DNA of 64,000 nt, taken from Mizuhopecten yessoensis. Its lineage: Eukaryota. A model generated the notes under the pieces. The model searched no databases. It worked only from the letters and a program-made list of their open reading frames with translations, and was not told the origin of the DNA. Positions 39,601-51,348 of this stretch are shown here, piece after piece. Where the stretch lies: the NCBI RefSeq assembly GCF_002113885.1, contig NW_018408567.1, positions 1,434,233-1,498,232 on the forward strand. Direction: 5' to 3'. Each line of letters begins with the position of its first letter. Within the stretch, counting starts at the first letter, position 1. Both the position numbers and the translations under genes were made by a program.

Positions 39601-42600
39601 CCTCGAGGCGACTCATGTGTGAGCAATTACAGTATCGCCGGCTCAGAGCATGTACCCTAAACTTGATAGGGACTGCTTTTATCTACCTTTTTCATAATTC
39701 CTGTTAACCTGTTACAAGTACCACCCTGCAATTAAATCTTTATTAAATATTAAGTTATCTATCTTTTGATTTTCTATTATATTTCATTTTATTCAGTTAT
39801 AGGGCGAGTTTTTGTGTGGACAAATCTTTGACAAGTTGATTTTGTACACGACATTTTCGGCACTAATTGTTAGTGCGTTTCTCGGGCTTTATAATCTAAA
39901 CAAGATGTTTATTCGTATTAATAAACAGGGTACCAACATGTTGTATCCATTTTCTTTCACATTACCCCAAGGTTTTCATTTACACGAACTACTAGGACAT
40001 AAGATGTTTCTCACTACATTCACCTGACCTCAAGATGAATTATTTACTATTATTAGCCTTCGGTTCAAGCTAACCGAGGGGATATGCAATTACAACATCA
40101 TATTTGATATAAGTTACTTCTGTTTGTTTATTTATTTTGTATTGTCTAGTGGTGACTGTTTTTCTCTGTTTTATGTTGTGATATGTAAATTTTCATTTTC
40201 CTGTCTTGATAAAGGGGCAGTAGTCCAGTGGCTTACCTCCCGAAATCACAATGTTTGTGCACTTTTGGAAACAAGCATGAAATTTTGCACACATATACAT
40301 ATGACCATTACAGACTTTTTCTGCTGTAGAACCACTTCGACAGCACCACCTGGTGCCAGGTGGCGCCACCTAGCGCCACCTGGCGGCAGAGGTGGGAGTT
40401 TTTTGCTTATATATTTACATAAGTGACCATAACTTTTGATCTAGGTAACATTTTTACATTCTGTTTGCAGCATATATGTCTTGTTACATAATAGCATAAA
40501 ATGGAAACACTTCTGCAACGCCCCCTGGTGTCATGTGGCACCACATAGCGCCACCTGGTGGCAGAGGTGGGATTTTTCGCTTATACACTAACATAAATGC
40601 ACAAACATTGTGATTTTGGGACCTAAGCCACTGGACTATCTGTGCCACTTCCTAATTGAGTTCTAATTTATCTTATAATTGATGTTGCAGGTTTGTGTCT
40701 ACTATGAAGTTCGCATGAACACAAGGCGTTGGATAGAAATGGGCCAGTGAAGAAATCTATCACGGCTATATTGGACAATTTAGCGGGAACACGTGTAGTA
40801 CTTTCATTAGCCATGGCTGAGGTGGACAGCAGAGACGATACAAACGTGTCTATTAAATGGCATCTATGCATATTTTGCCAATCAAATACTTCGGAACATT
40901 TGGAATGTCCAGCAAAATCCAAAGCAAGTGATTCTGGAAAAGGTTACACAACATTGGTGGACTGTTTGAAGGAGTTTCGCAATGCTGAGGTCTTACCAAT
41001 TACCATAGACCTGGTGAATATGGATGTTGAGACATTAAAACGGCACGAAGCTTCTTGGCATAAATCCTGCAGGGTTCAGTACAACAGGACTAAGTTACAG
41101 CGGGTATTGAAGCGCAAGGTGAAGAGCAGTACGTCAGGAAATGATTACGGACTAAGTGATGTTAAAATCACTAGATCAGCAAGCAATCCATCTGCAAGTT
41201 TCAGCGTTTTTTCAGACAAATTATGCTTTTTCTGTGACAAGAGTATTTCGTCTTCAGATAGATACAAGCGTGTGGCTTCAACCTTTGCTTTGGACAGAAA
41301 AATGCGAAAATGTGCGACTGATCTTTGCGACTCTACATTGTTAACCAAATTAGCTGGTGGCGACATGGTAGCTACTGAAGCAGAATACCATGTAAACTGT
41401 TTGACGTCTCTGTACAAACAACATGCACAGTTTTTGGAACAATCACATGAGAGTAACTCCGATGGTAACATTCATGGCATTGTGTTTGCTGAACTGCTTG
41501 CATACATTGACGAGGCTAGGTGTGATGAAGAACGACCTTCGTTCAGGTTAGCTAACCTGGTCCAGTTGTACAATAACAGAATGGGGGAACTGGGTGTTAA
41601 GGACAGTGTGCATGCAACACGATTGAAGGACAAAATCTTGTCACAAATACCAGATCTCTCAGCACATACGAGTAAATGTAGTCAGGGTCAAGGTGTGATT
41701 TTCATGTTTAACTCTGATGTAGCAAATCTTGTACAGGAAGCGAATCGCCATAGAGACTATGATCTGGATGCAATCCATATTGCAAAGGCGGCTGAAATAG
41801 TGCGATTAGACATGTTCGACAATGTGTCCTTATTCAATGGGTCATTTCCACCACAGTGTCAAGAACATGTCATACCCAAGTCTTTGAAGGCATTAGTTGA
41901 CATGGTTCTTCAGGGACCGAGCATAAAGGATCAGTCCGCAAAGGAAGGCTCAGACCTACAAGCAGCCCTAACCATATCACAGATGTTCCTTTTCAATGCT
42001 GTAAAACATTCCAGGCATGCATCTACCTCTGGACAGGTCAGACATAAAGCGGATCGTGAAACACCGCTGCCTCTATATATTGGCCTAAAACTACACGCTG
42101 CAACACGCAAGAAGAGACTGGTTGACATGATGTTTCAGCTTGGCATGAGCGTGTGCTATGACCGTGTTTTGCAGGTTATCACTGATCTGGCAAATGGAAC
42201 ATGTGATAGGTTTGAAGCAGAAGGCGTCGTTTGTCCTGTCAATATGAAGCTAGGACTGTTCACAGTAGGTGCCCTTGATAACTGCGATCACAACCCAACA
42301 TCAGCTACCGCACACGATTCCTTCCACGGAACAAGCATATCACTCTTCCAGTTTCCGACAGAGGCTGTACCTGGAACTGACAGAGGTATAACCTTGCTCC
42401 ATCCTGCATCACCACACGATGACAAGCGAAAGGTTGTGCCACTCCCAGACGCCTATGTAGATGTCCCACCAGCAATACTACGCACAAAAACAATGTGTAT
42501 TCCAGTAGCAATTGTTGGTCCTGTTACGCCAGCTGAAACTTCCGTTCAAGAGGCAATGCTTGAAGAACAAGAATGGCTTGTCCAAGTGAGACGTCTAGTA

Positions 42601-45600
42601 GACAAGACCAAACTTGAAAAAGGTGAATATGTGTCAAGGGCTGCGTATCATGCTTCCCAACAGTCCCAAGAACCACATCCAGTCACCTTGGGTTCCTTGT
42701 TGCCACTCTTTTATGAGAGTGCGCACACAGTTGCCATGGTCAAGCATGGGATGGATGTGATCAGAAATGCAACACATTATGTCAATCCGGGTCAGATCGC
42801 AGTCATGGCTGTAGACCAACCCCTGTATTCCTTGGCAAAGCAGATTCAGATGTCCTGGCCAGTTACACACGGTGAAGACAAATATCTCATTATGTTTGGT
42901 GGGCTACATATTGAAATGGCTGCATTTCGAGCACTTGGTACTTGGCTGCAAGACAGCGGTTGGACATCAGCCCTAGTTCAAGCAGATGTAACAACGCCCG
43001 GCACTGCAGACTCATTTATTAAAGTAGCTCATGTCACAAAGACGAGACATGCCCATCCAGTCATAGCTGCTAGCCTTGCCATCCTCAAGCACAAGGCGTA
43101 CCAGGCGTACATCGATTCACTTCCTGAAGAAGATCCAAAAGTTGAAATTGGCGCCTGGGAGGAGCAACGGGTTGTGGCATGCCCTCACTTTCAATATTGG
43201 TGGCTAACTCTGAAACTGCAACTCATGGTATTGCTGTTCGTTAGAGCTGAACGCGATGGCAATTTTTGCCTCTACGTAGAGACCCTGAACAAGCTGACTC
43301 CGTGGTTCTTTGCACTGGATCAAACCAACTATGCCCGATGGTTACCTGTTCACATTCGAGACTTGAACACGCTTTCACAGGTTCATCCAGACTTACACAC
43401 TGAATTCCAGAATGGTAACTTTGTGATTCACAAAACTGTGGTTTCTGGTCATGAGCAGAACAATGCGATGGTGAAGGGATCTGGGGGTGCAGTAGGCCTC
43501 ACAGAAAACCCGAGTGCGTTCAGACGTTGGATGGTTGCAGGACCTGAGCTAGCAAGGATAACAATTGAATTTGAGACCGCGTTCACTGCTCAAGATGATG
43601 ACACCGGTCACCATGAGCAGACTCCAGCAGTACAAACTGCATTTGCCAAGCAGGTAATGTCTCTAGTGTCAACTATTGAAGACATGGGGAATCCCTTTCT
43701 TGAAGAGAGTGCTGATCTTCTAGTCCTGGATACAAAGGACATAGTCAGTGAGTCCGTAGTTAAGACGGTCAGGAACATAGAACAAATAGGCGTGAAAGCG
43801 TAAGATGCCTATGTAGAGCAGAGGCTAGTGAAGGCAGAAAAACCCATCTCAGACCCCATAGCGAAACAGCAATTGCCACTCTTCAGCAGACCACAGAAAA
43901 AAATCCATCTCGTTCACAGCTGCAAGTAGCTGACCTAGAAGTTGATCGCGAACTTATGTCGCAGCTGTATGTATCCTGCCAAACACGAGCAGTTAACCAA
44001 GACGACTTCTTCATGTATGAGAATCATCCCTACGCACCAAGTCTTTCAGATCATGGGAAGCTGCGTGCAAGCAACAAGTCAGATTTGATTTCATGCCTGA
44101 AAAGCCTGATTACTCCTAAGACTGATGGACCTACAGTGGACTGTATAATCTTGGATGGTGCCACAGTAGTGCATTTACTTGCTCCAAGAACAGCGGCAAC
44201 CTTCAACGAATATGCCTCTGCCATATTTTTGCCATACATTGACAGACAGTTACAGAATGCACAACGCGTGGATGTGGTTTGGGATGCATACATACCGGAC
44301 AGTCTGAAGGAATCAACAAGGAAGAAGAGAGGAACAGGGATCAGACGGAGAGTTTTGGGAACATCTAAAATTCCGACGAACTGGATGAAGTTTCTCTGTG
44401 TGGCAGAAAACAAAGTAGAGCTGTTTGACTTTTTGACACACGCTGTTATAAACAGACAATAAACAGAACACGAGGTGTATGCCACTGATGGAGTAGACGT
44501 ACTCTGCTCCCAACCAAATGCAGACTGTGCCTACATTAGTCCATGCAATCATAAGGAGGCGGACACGAGAGTCATTCTTCATGCCAGTGATGCTGCAAAC
44601 AAAGGCAGTAAAAAGTGCCTTATCAGGACCGTAGACACTGACATCCTCGTTCTAGCGATTGCATATGTAGAGCGAATTGGTGTCGAAGAGTTATGGGTGG
44701 CCTTTGGCACAGGCAAGGGATTTTGTTATCTACCAGCCCATGAAATTGCGTGTGCACTAGGCTCACCGAAAGCTGCATCGTTGCCGATGTTTCACGCATT
44801 CACGGGATGTGATACGGTGTCCGCATTCGCTGGGAAAGGAAAGAAAACCATGTGGGCCGTTTGGCGTGTGTACCCAGAGAAAACAGAAGCATTTGTAGAC
44901 TTGTGCAGCGGCACTGATGTCATTAGTACAGAAGCTACTTCTCTGATAGAGAGATTTGTCATTCTTGTCTACGACCGAACCAGCCAACTCAAAGACGTCA
45001 ATGAAGTTAGGAAAGATCTCTTCACAAGAAAAGGCAGATTCAAGTACGACAGTCTACCTCCAACGAAAGCAGCTCTCACTGAGCATGCCAAAAGAGCTAC
45101 TTATCAAGGTGGCCATGTGTGGGGGCAATCGATCAGATCACAAATAAAACTACCAGATCCGGCAGCGTGGGGTTGGACGAAAACAAACGATGGATGGGAG
45201 CCATATTGGACCCCGCTACCAGAAGCATCAAAGGGATGTCGCGAGCTCATCAAATGTGGCTGCAAGAAAGTGTGCACCACAGGCCGTTGTGGATGTTTCC
45301 GTGCTAAGTTGTCATGTACTACGCTGTGTTCATGCATGTGCATGGATTATGCATAGACAATTGACATAATTAAGGGAGATAAATGATTGCTTGTGACCGA
45401 ACAAAAAGCAATTGACATACCAAGGCAAACACATCTGGTATGCTTTGGAGGCAATGTTGTGGATATTTTCGTTATAAGATGACATTACCATGTCGTATTC
45501 TAATTAACATTTGCATTCTCCATAGACAATTAGTGGCATTATTAAGAACACTTGATCCCAATATAGGGGACTTAAATTGTCGCTTGTGACTGAAACAGTG

Positions 45601-47107
45601 AAATTTATATATATCAAGACAATTAAGCATGACTATGTATTGGAGGTAACTCACTTGCATATATGTAAGATGAGTCAACTATGCCACTAGATGGTGATAC
45701 CTGCCATTAATGCTTCTACTAGAATAATATATAATTAGTAGCAGTGAGCACATGCAACAAATAACATAGTTGTTTGCACAAATGCACATATATTATCGTC
45801 TGAAAACTGAATACACATATTCCAACTACGGTAGATCGAACTTTATTATTAAGCACTTCTGCCACTTCTGCACCACTTAGATACCATGTGACCCTGCACA
45901 AGTGTTTCTATGTTATGCTATGATGTAACAAGACATATATGCTGCAAACAGAATGTAAAAATGTTACCTATATCAAAAGGTATGGTCATTTGTGTAAATA
46001 TATAAGCAAAATATCCCACCTCTGCCGCCAGGTATAGCATAAAATGGAAACTCTTTTGCAGCGCCCCCTGGTGTCAAGTGGCACCACATAGCGCCCCCTG
46101 GCGGCAGAGGTCGCAGTTTTTTGCTTATCTATTTACATAAATGACCATACCTTTTGATATAGGTAACATTTTTACATTCTGATTGCAGCATATATGTCTT
46201 GTTACATAATAGCATAAACTGGAAACACTTCTGCAGCGCCCCCTGGCGTCATGTGGCACCACATAGAGCTACCTGGCGGCAGAGGCGGCAGTTTTTTGCT
46301 TATATATTTACATAAATCTCATATGCTATATAAGATATCTTATATAGCATATGAGATTTATGTAAATATATAAGCAAAAAACTGCCACCTCTGCCGCCAG
46401 GTGCCGCTAGGTGGCGCCACCTGGCACCAGGTGGCGCTGTCGAAGTGGTTCTACAGCAGAAAAAGTCTGTAATGGTCATATGTATATGTGTGCAAAATTT
46501 CATGCTTGTTTCCAAAAGTGCACAAACATTTTGCTAAGCCACTGGACTAACAGATCGCCTTGACAATTTGACAAATGTGTTTGTCTGCACTGTCGTTATT
46601 ACTTCTTTGTCCACAAACCCATATATATATATATATAATACAGATTAACACTGAATCGTTGAAATTGTTTACAATATTTGTTTACTGGCATCCAAAATGA
46701 CACATAGGTTGTCAGTCAACAATATCTATTGTTGTTGTTCGAACTTCAAAATTTAGTTTTCTTTTTCGTTTGATTTCACATCTTCTTCGTCTGGTTTGCG
46801 GTAGCGCACTACAACCATGCGCCTTTGGGCTTCCGTACACAAGGGAGGACAAACCTTAGTTCTCATAAAGAAACGACCTGCCCTCACGATGAGTGATATC
46901 ACGGAATAAGACTAGCTAAGTCCGTGGTGCTATGAAACAAATATCGGTATCCGAACTTATGCTCACCTCTTCGAAGAACTGTTTGATTTTGCTGTCAGAA
47001 AGCTGACCTGATTTCTTTTCTTTCGGTTGTGGTGGCATTGCCCGTATGTCGAATACTTCGGGGTGTACCTCGTCCACGATTCCGCTGTGAATAGTGGCGT
47101 CCGCCAT
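33663..47107 (-). CDS. Phytanoyl-CoA dioxygenase (PhyH) family Fe(II)/2OG oxygenase, PHYHD1-like, 369 aa, 9 coding exons
   Basis: Exons 47107-46967, 38866-38749, 37812-37712, 36986-36845, 36433-36339, 35665-35560, 35278-35194, 34638-34437 and 33782-33663 total 1110 nt, in phase, with GT-AG introns. Motifs FFEEGYLIVEDFFS, PWHQD (HxD), AWIPL...NGGMQV..G.H, PHRS (distal His) and RWALDLR (2OG Arg). Confidence 0.92.
39111..39180 (+). mobile_element. tRNA-derived SINE head or tRNA pseudogene
   Basis: A-box-like ggttcattcggtagagc and B-box ggttcgatt; poor acceptor stem. Confidence 0.45.
40221..46549 (+). mobile_element. Academ (AcademX) DNA transposon, ~6.3 kb, in intron 1 of the PhyH-like gene
   Basis: Termini TAGTCCAGTGGCTTA / TAAGCCACTGGACTA; ~200-bp TIRs; flanks gcag / acag (4-bp TSD with one mismatch). 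TAG...CTA ends, 3-4 bp TSD and the transposase-XPG-Cys8 protein are the defining Academ features. Confidence 0.88.
40813..45356 (+). pseudogene. AcademX transposase + XPG/FEN-like nuclease + Cys8 zinc finger, disrupted
   Basis: Motifs GALDNCD, AVDQPLY, FGGLHIE, NYARWL, HEQNN, HKEADTR..LH, VDTDI, GCDTVSAFAGKGK (H3TH), CGCKKVCTTGRCGCFRAKLSCTTLCSC. Stops at 43801 and 44460; frameshift near 43900. Confidence 0.88.
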
Positions 47108-47959
47108 TGTTAACAAGCTAATAAACAGTATTGTAGGCGGTAGACACGCGATAACTACTGGAGTGAGAACGTCAATCTTTTCAGTCAGGCGCCTTATCGC
47201 GGTGATAACACTTGTACTATGGAAGGGTGTCATTGTCGGGATGTCGTCGCTGTGTAAGTTTGTAAACAGAAGATGTCCTGTAGAGTGTTTTCTGTACAAA
47301 ATCATAGGTTTTATATATATAGTTTCAATTATTATTTAGCAAGCACGCATTACTCGTTTTTCAACAGGAATTGTCGCGATTGCCAACTGTGTAAAAACAA
47401 TCGTCAACAAGCTTGTTACCTTCTTGAAACCATGGACATTCAAGAATTATAATTAAGTTCAGAAGAAAAATAAATGCCACTGCTAGATATGAAGACATGC
47501 AGCTTGGTTAATAAAGACTGAGGACATTTTTTTATGGTAGTTTTCATCTCGCTGGGAAATTTGACAGTGCCTTGTGTGATACGGCTGGTGTCGTTGATGA
47601 AGCAGAAGGCGCTTACCTCTGTTTGGTATTCTCTTGTAGTTTATTTAAGTAGCACAATAGTAAAGTGTACGTATTGTAACCATCATTGTGAACATGCTGG
47701 TACACATATGGATAGATTTGGATATAATTAAGGAATGACTAGGATATTATTTAGGGTTATACGGTATATACCGAAAAACTGTGTGCACTTTTGTGTAAAA
47801 ATCGCTTCGCTACTCCGATTATTCGTTATAAAGTAGTAATAATAATAATGATAATAAAAAACAGCCGGACAAAAGAATTTTGCGCTACACAAAGCACATT
47901 TCATCGCTGAGTAACTTCACCCTATCAGAAGTTAGAATTACAAATACCGCACCAAAAAA

Positions 47960-49143
47960 TATGGCAAGCCAACTTAACATTTATTCAAGGAGCAATGTCG
48001 ATCCTGTATTTCGAAAGAAAATATAAGATATCTTATATAGCATATGAGATATCTTATATACTATATAAGATATCTTATATCGTATATAAGATATCTCATA
48101 TAGTATATGAGATATCTTATATAATATATAAGATATCTTATATACTATATGAGATATCGTATATAGAAATTAAATGAGATGCTATATAAGATATCTTATA
48201 TGATATATAAGATATCTTATATCGTATATAAGATATCTCATTTAATTTTCTATATAAGATATCTTATATAATATATAAGATATCTCATATAGCTATATAA
48301 GATATCTTATATAATTAAAGTCTCGTTACTAAATAAGATATCTTATATAGGAACGAGATTTTAACAAAATGTCGAAAATGAAGTCTCCCCGTCCGGAATA
48401 TCTCGAGGATCTACGTAGGGACAGTAGGCTTGTTGTAACAACACGTGTTCCTGTCGCCGCCATTATGTCTGAGCCCACTTCAAGAGTGCGGGAAATGGCA
48501 GCCTCTGCTTTGGCCGCTATAAGAGAGACAAGGCGAGCTAGGCCTAGGGAAAATACAGCATCCGTACCATCCCTCTCCGCCATTGCGCCCAATGCAATCC
48601 TGAATGTGCTCCGAATGATTCTCGAGGGAGAAATTAGTTTCTGGTTTTTAATGCCACGAAATCTCATTCTATATCAGACATCTCAATATTTCTATATGAG
48701 ATATCTCATGAGATATCTTATATACTTATATAAGATATCTCATTTAATTTCTATATGAGATATCTCATGAGATATCTTACATACTATATGAGATATCTTA
48801 TATAATATATAAGATATCTTATATAGCTATATGAGATGTCTCATATAGAAATTAAATGAGATATCTTATATAAGTATATAAGATATCTCATGAGATATCT
48901 CATATAGAAATTAAATGAGATATCTTATATGCGATATAAGATATCTTATATAGTATATATGATATCTTATATACTTATATAAGATATCTTATATAGCTAT
49001 ATGAGATATCTCATATAGCTATATAAGATATCTTATATAATTGAAATCTCGTTGCTATATAAGATATCTGATACAGAATGAGATTTCGTGGCATGAAAAA
49101 CCAGAAACTAATTTCTCCCTCGAGAATCATTTGGCTTGCCATA
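47960..49143. mobile_element. Non-autonomous TIR element with AT-rich palindromic tandem arrays
   Basis: TIR tatggcaagccaa / ttggcttgccata; (tataagatatctta)n arrays at 48020-48350 and 48690-49070; 48613-48680 inverted against 49060-49131. Confidence 0.75.
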
Positions 49144-51080
49144 AATACCGCACCAAAAAAGGCGGTGTGCGACGTCATCACTTTCTGTGTTGTCTTTTTT
49201 TAATGAAAATTTCAACTATTGGAGGAAAAGTCAAAATTAAATGATTAATAAATAAACACTTACTCAGCTTGTACATGTATCTCGATTCTGAAACAATCGA
49301 GTTGGGTTTTAATTCACGAGAGATTTAATAGCGTAAGTTGGGGTAGTTCAGCCTAACGATAGCCGTATAACATATGGAGAGCGCTAGCACAGACATAAAT
49401 ACCGAACTACTGGCGTAGACGTGCAAACTGTAACGATGTAACACAGCTTATCATACTCTCTCACGGTCAACTACAACCCGCACGTACTCACTATAACGTA
49501 TGTCCTTGGCTCGATGTCATTTTTGGCACGATATAAATAATATTGCATCTGGTATGTTAAATGTGACCCGATAAATCAATAAAAATGTGTAAGAATGACA
49601 AAATTAACTAGTGAATCTCAATGTAATGTATTTGAGCATCGTAGATATTGATAATTGGACTATTGAATTGAAGCACTTTTTGTTTTGAACTCTGCTTCGA
49701 TGTGTTAAATAACAGATACCATACTCATTACAACCATTGTTGACAGATTGCGCAATGGAATTGCAGCTTCAATGGAGTTTCTGCTGTTTCGGTATTGGAT
49801 ATATAAACTCTTTCAAATACACTTTAGGGTGAAGATCTGATAAGTTTAAAGGAGCGGTTATACGCTGTTTACAAACATGATACATCGGCCAATGTTTTTT
49901 ATATACTTTCAAATTAAGTCTGTTCATTTATTTCTTCTTTGAAATATCTGTTTAAGCCGTATTCGCCCGTTAACTGTACGATAATTCAGCATTGAACTGC
50001 TTTCAGTTGGCATCCATATTGCCTATGAATGACATTTGAAAGGAGTTCAGTACTTATATTTACCATTTTTGGAATCTGTTCATCTCATGAAAAATTCAAT
50101 TACACTTATTATTTATTATTCAGCATTTAGTTCAAATAATGTATGTATCGTGTTTGCTTGTTCAAGGAAAAGAACAGCCATCGCCCATGGAGGGTCAGTG
50201 GTATCCAACGTAACAATGATGACGTTATAATAATGATGACGTCGACAATCGGTCCATGGCATTCATAGCCTATATGAATGCCAACTGAATTTGGTAGGGT
50301 TATATAGTGGCAATGTCATTCGATGGTAAATATTAAAGTATAAGTCAACCGCGTCTCAAGGTCACCTTTAATAAAAATGCTTTCGTTATGAATACAAGGA
50401 AATTTTTTATTACAATTATTCCATGAAAATAACCAAGGATCATTTTGTGCCCGTTTGGAATGACTCTCCAATTAATAGGTTCCTGTTATTGTCCCTTTAA
50501 CAAATCAAGATGAGAACCACATACTACGTTTACAGATTCGAACGAGATAAATAAAATCAGAGATAAGAAAATCCTGCATGGATGTGTAAGAATTTTGTCC
50601 TTAAGTTCAATAACAATAAACAAGAAAATCGTGTTGAATGGTTTGTGGGCATACTAGTACCTAATTAATTATTTGCGAGGTTAATTTTCACAGGTACAAT
50701 TTTATCGCGAAATTTAATTGCCACGAATATCCTAAAGCATTTATGAAATAATACAAAAAATACCAGAGGCAATGCCTAGCGTTAGCTACACATCATTGTA
50801 CCCTTATTGTATCCTACCCTTATTATATTTTTTTCAAAATATCTTAGATTTCATTCTCAACGCACTGGTGGCTTATTGCGCATGCACACATTTCACAGCT
50901 GAAATTTTGGGTTTATTTCTAGTTCGTTCACATTCCCCTTGGACACATGATTCATCAAAAAATCAGTATACCGCTAAAATATGACACTTAACTCGTTCTT
51001 CAACTGGTCATTTCCGCTGAGGGCAAGGAGCTGTAGTTTCCGGTGCGGTTTACTTCCGTGTCCGAGGCTGGTACAGCAGT

Positions 51081-51348
51081 TAGCCCGAGAGTCCTCTGGC
51101 CCTGACACCAGACTCCAACACCAGACATCTATCTGTCAAAATGTCTTAAGTCTGGTGTCGGAGCAAGAGGAAAATCGGGCTAGTACAACTGTATACTTAT
51201 CAGGCACACACGTATTAGTGCTGAGCAGTGTTTAGCCCGAGTTTCCTCTTGCCCTGACACCAGAGTTAGACATTTTGACAGATAGATGTCTGTACCTTTA
51301 TGTCAAAATGTCTAAGTCTGATGTTAGGGCCAGAGGAAACTCGGGCTC
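51081..51348. mobile_element. Two adjacent ~100-bp hairpin MITEs with TAG...CTA-type (Academ-like) ends
   Basis: TAGCCCGAGagtcctctggccctgacaccagac...aatcgggCTA (51081-51182); second copy at 51233-51348. Confidence 0.6.

Noticed and set aside
40668-45343. Antisense and alternate-frame ORFs inside the transposase; ORFs 40124-40426 and 46300-46515
   Set aside because: Shadows of the coding strand or translations of TIR sequence.
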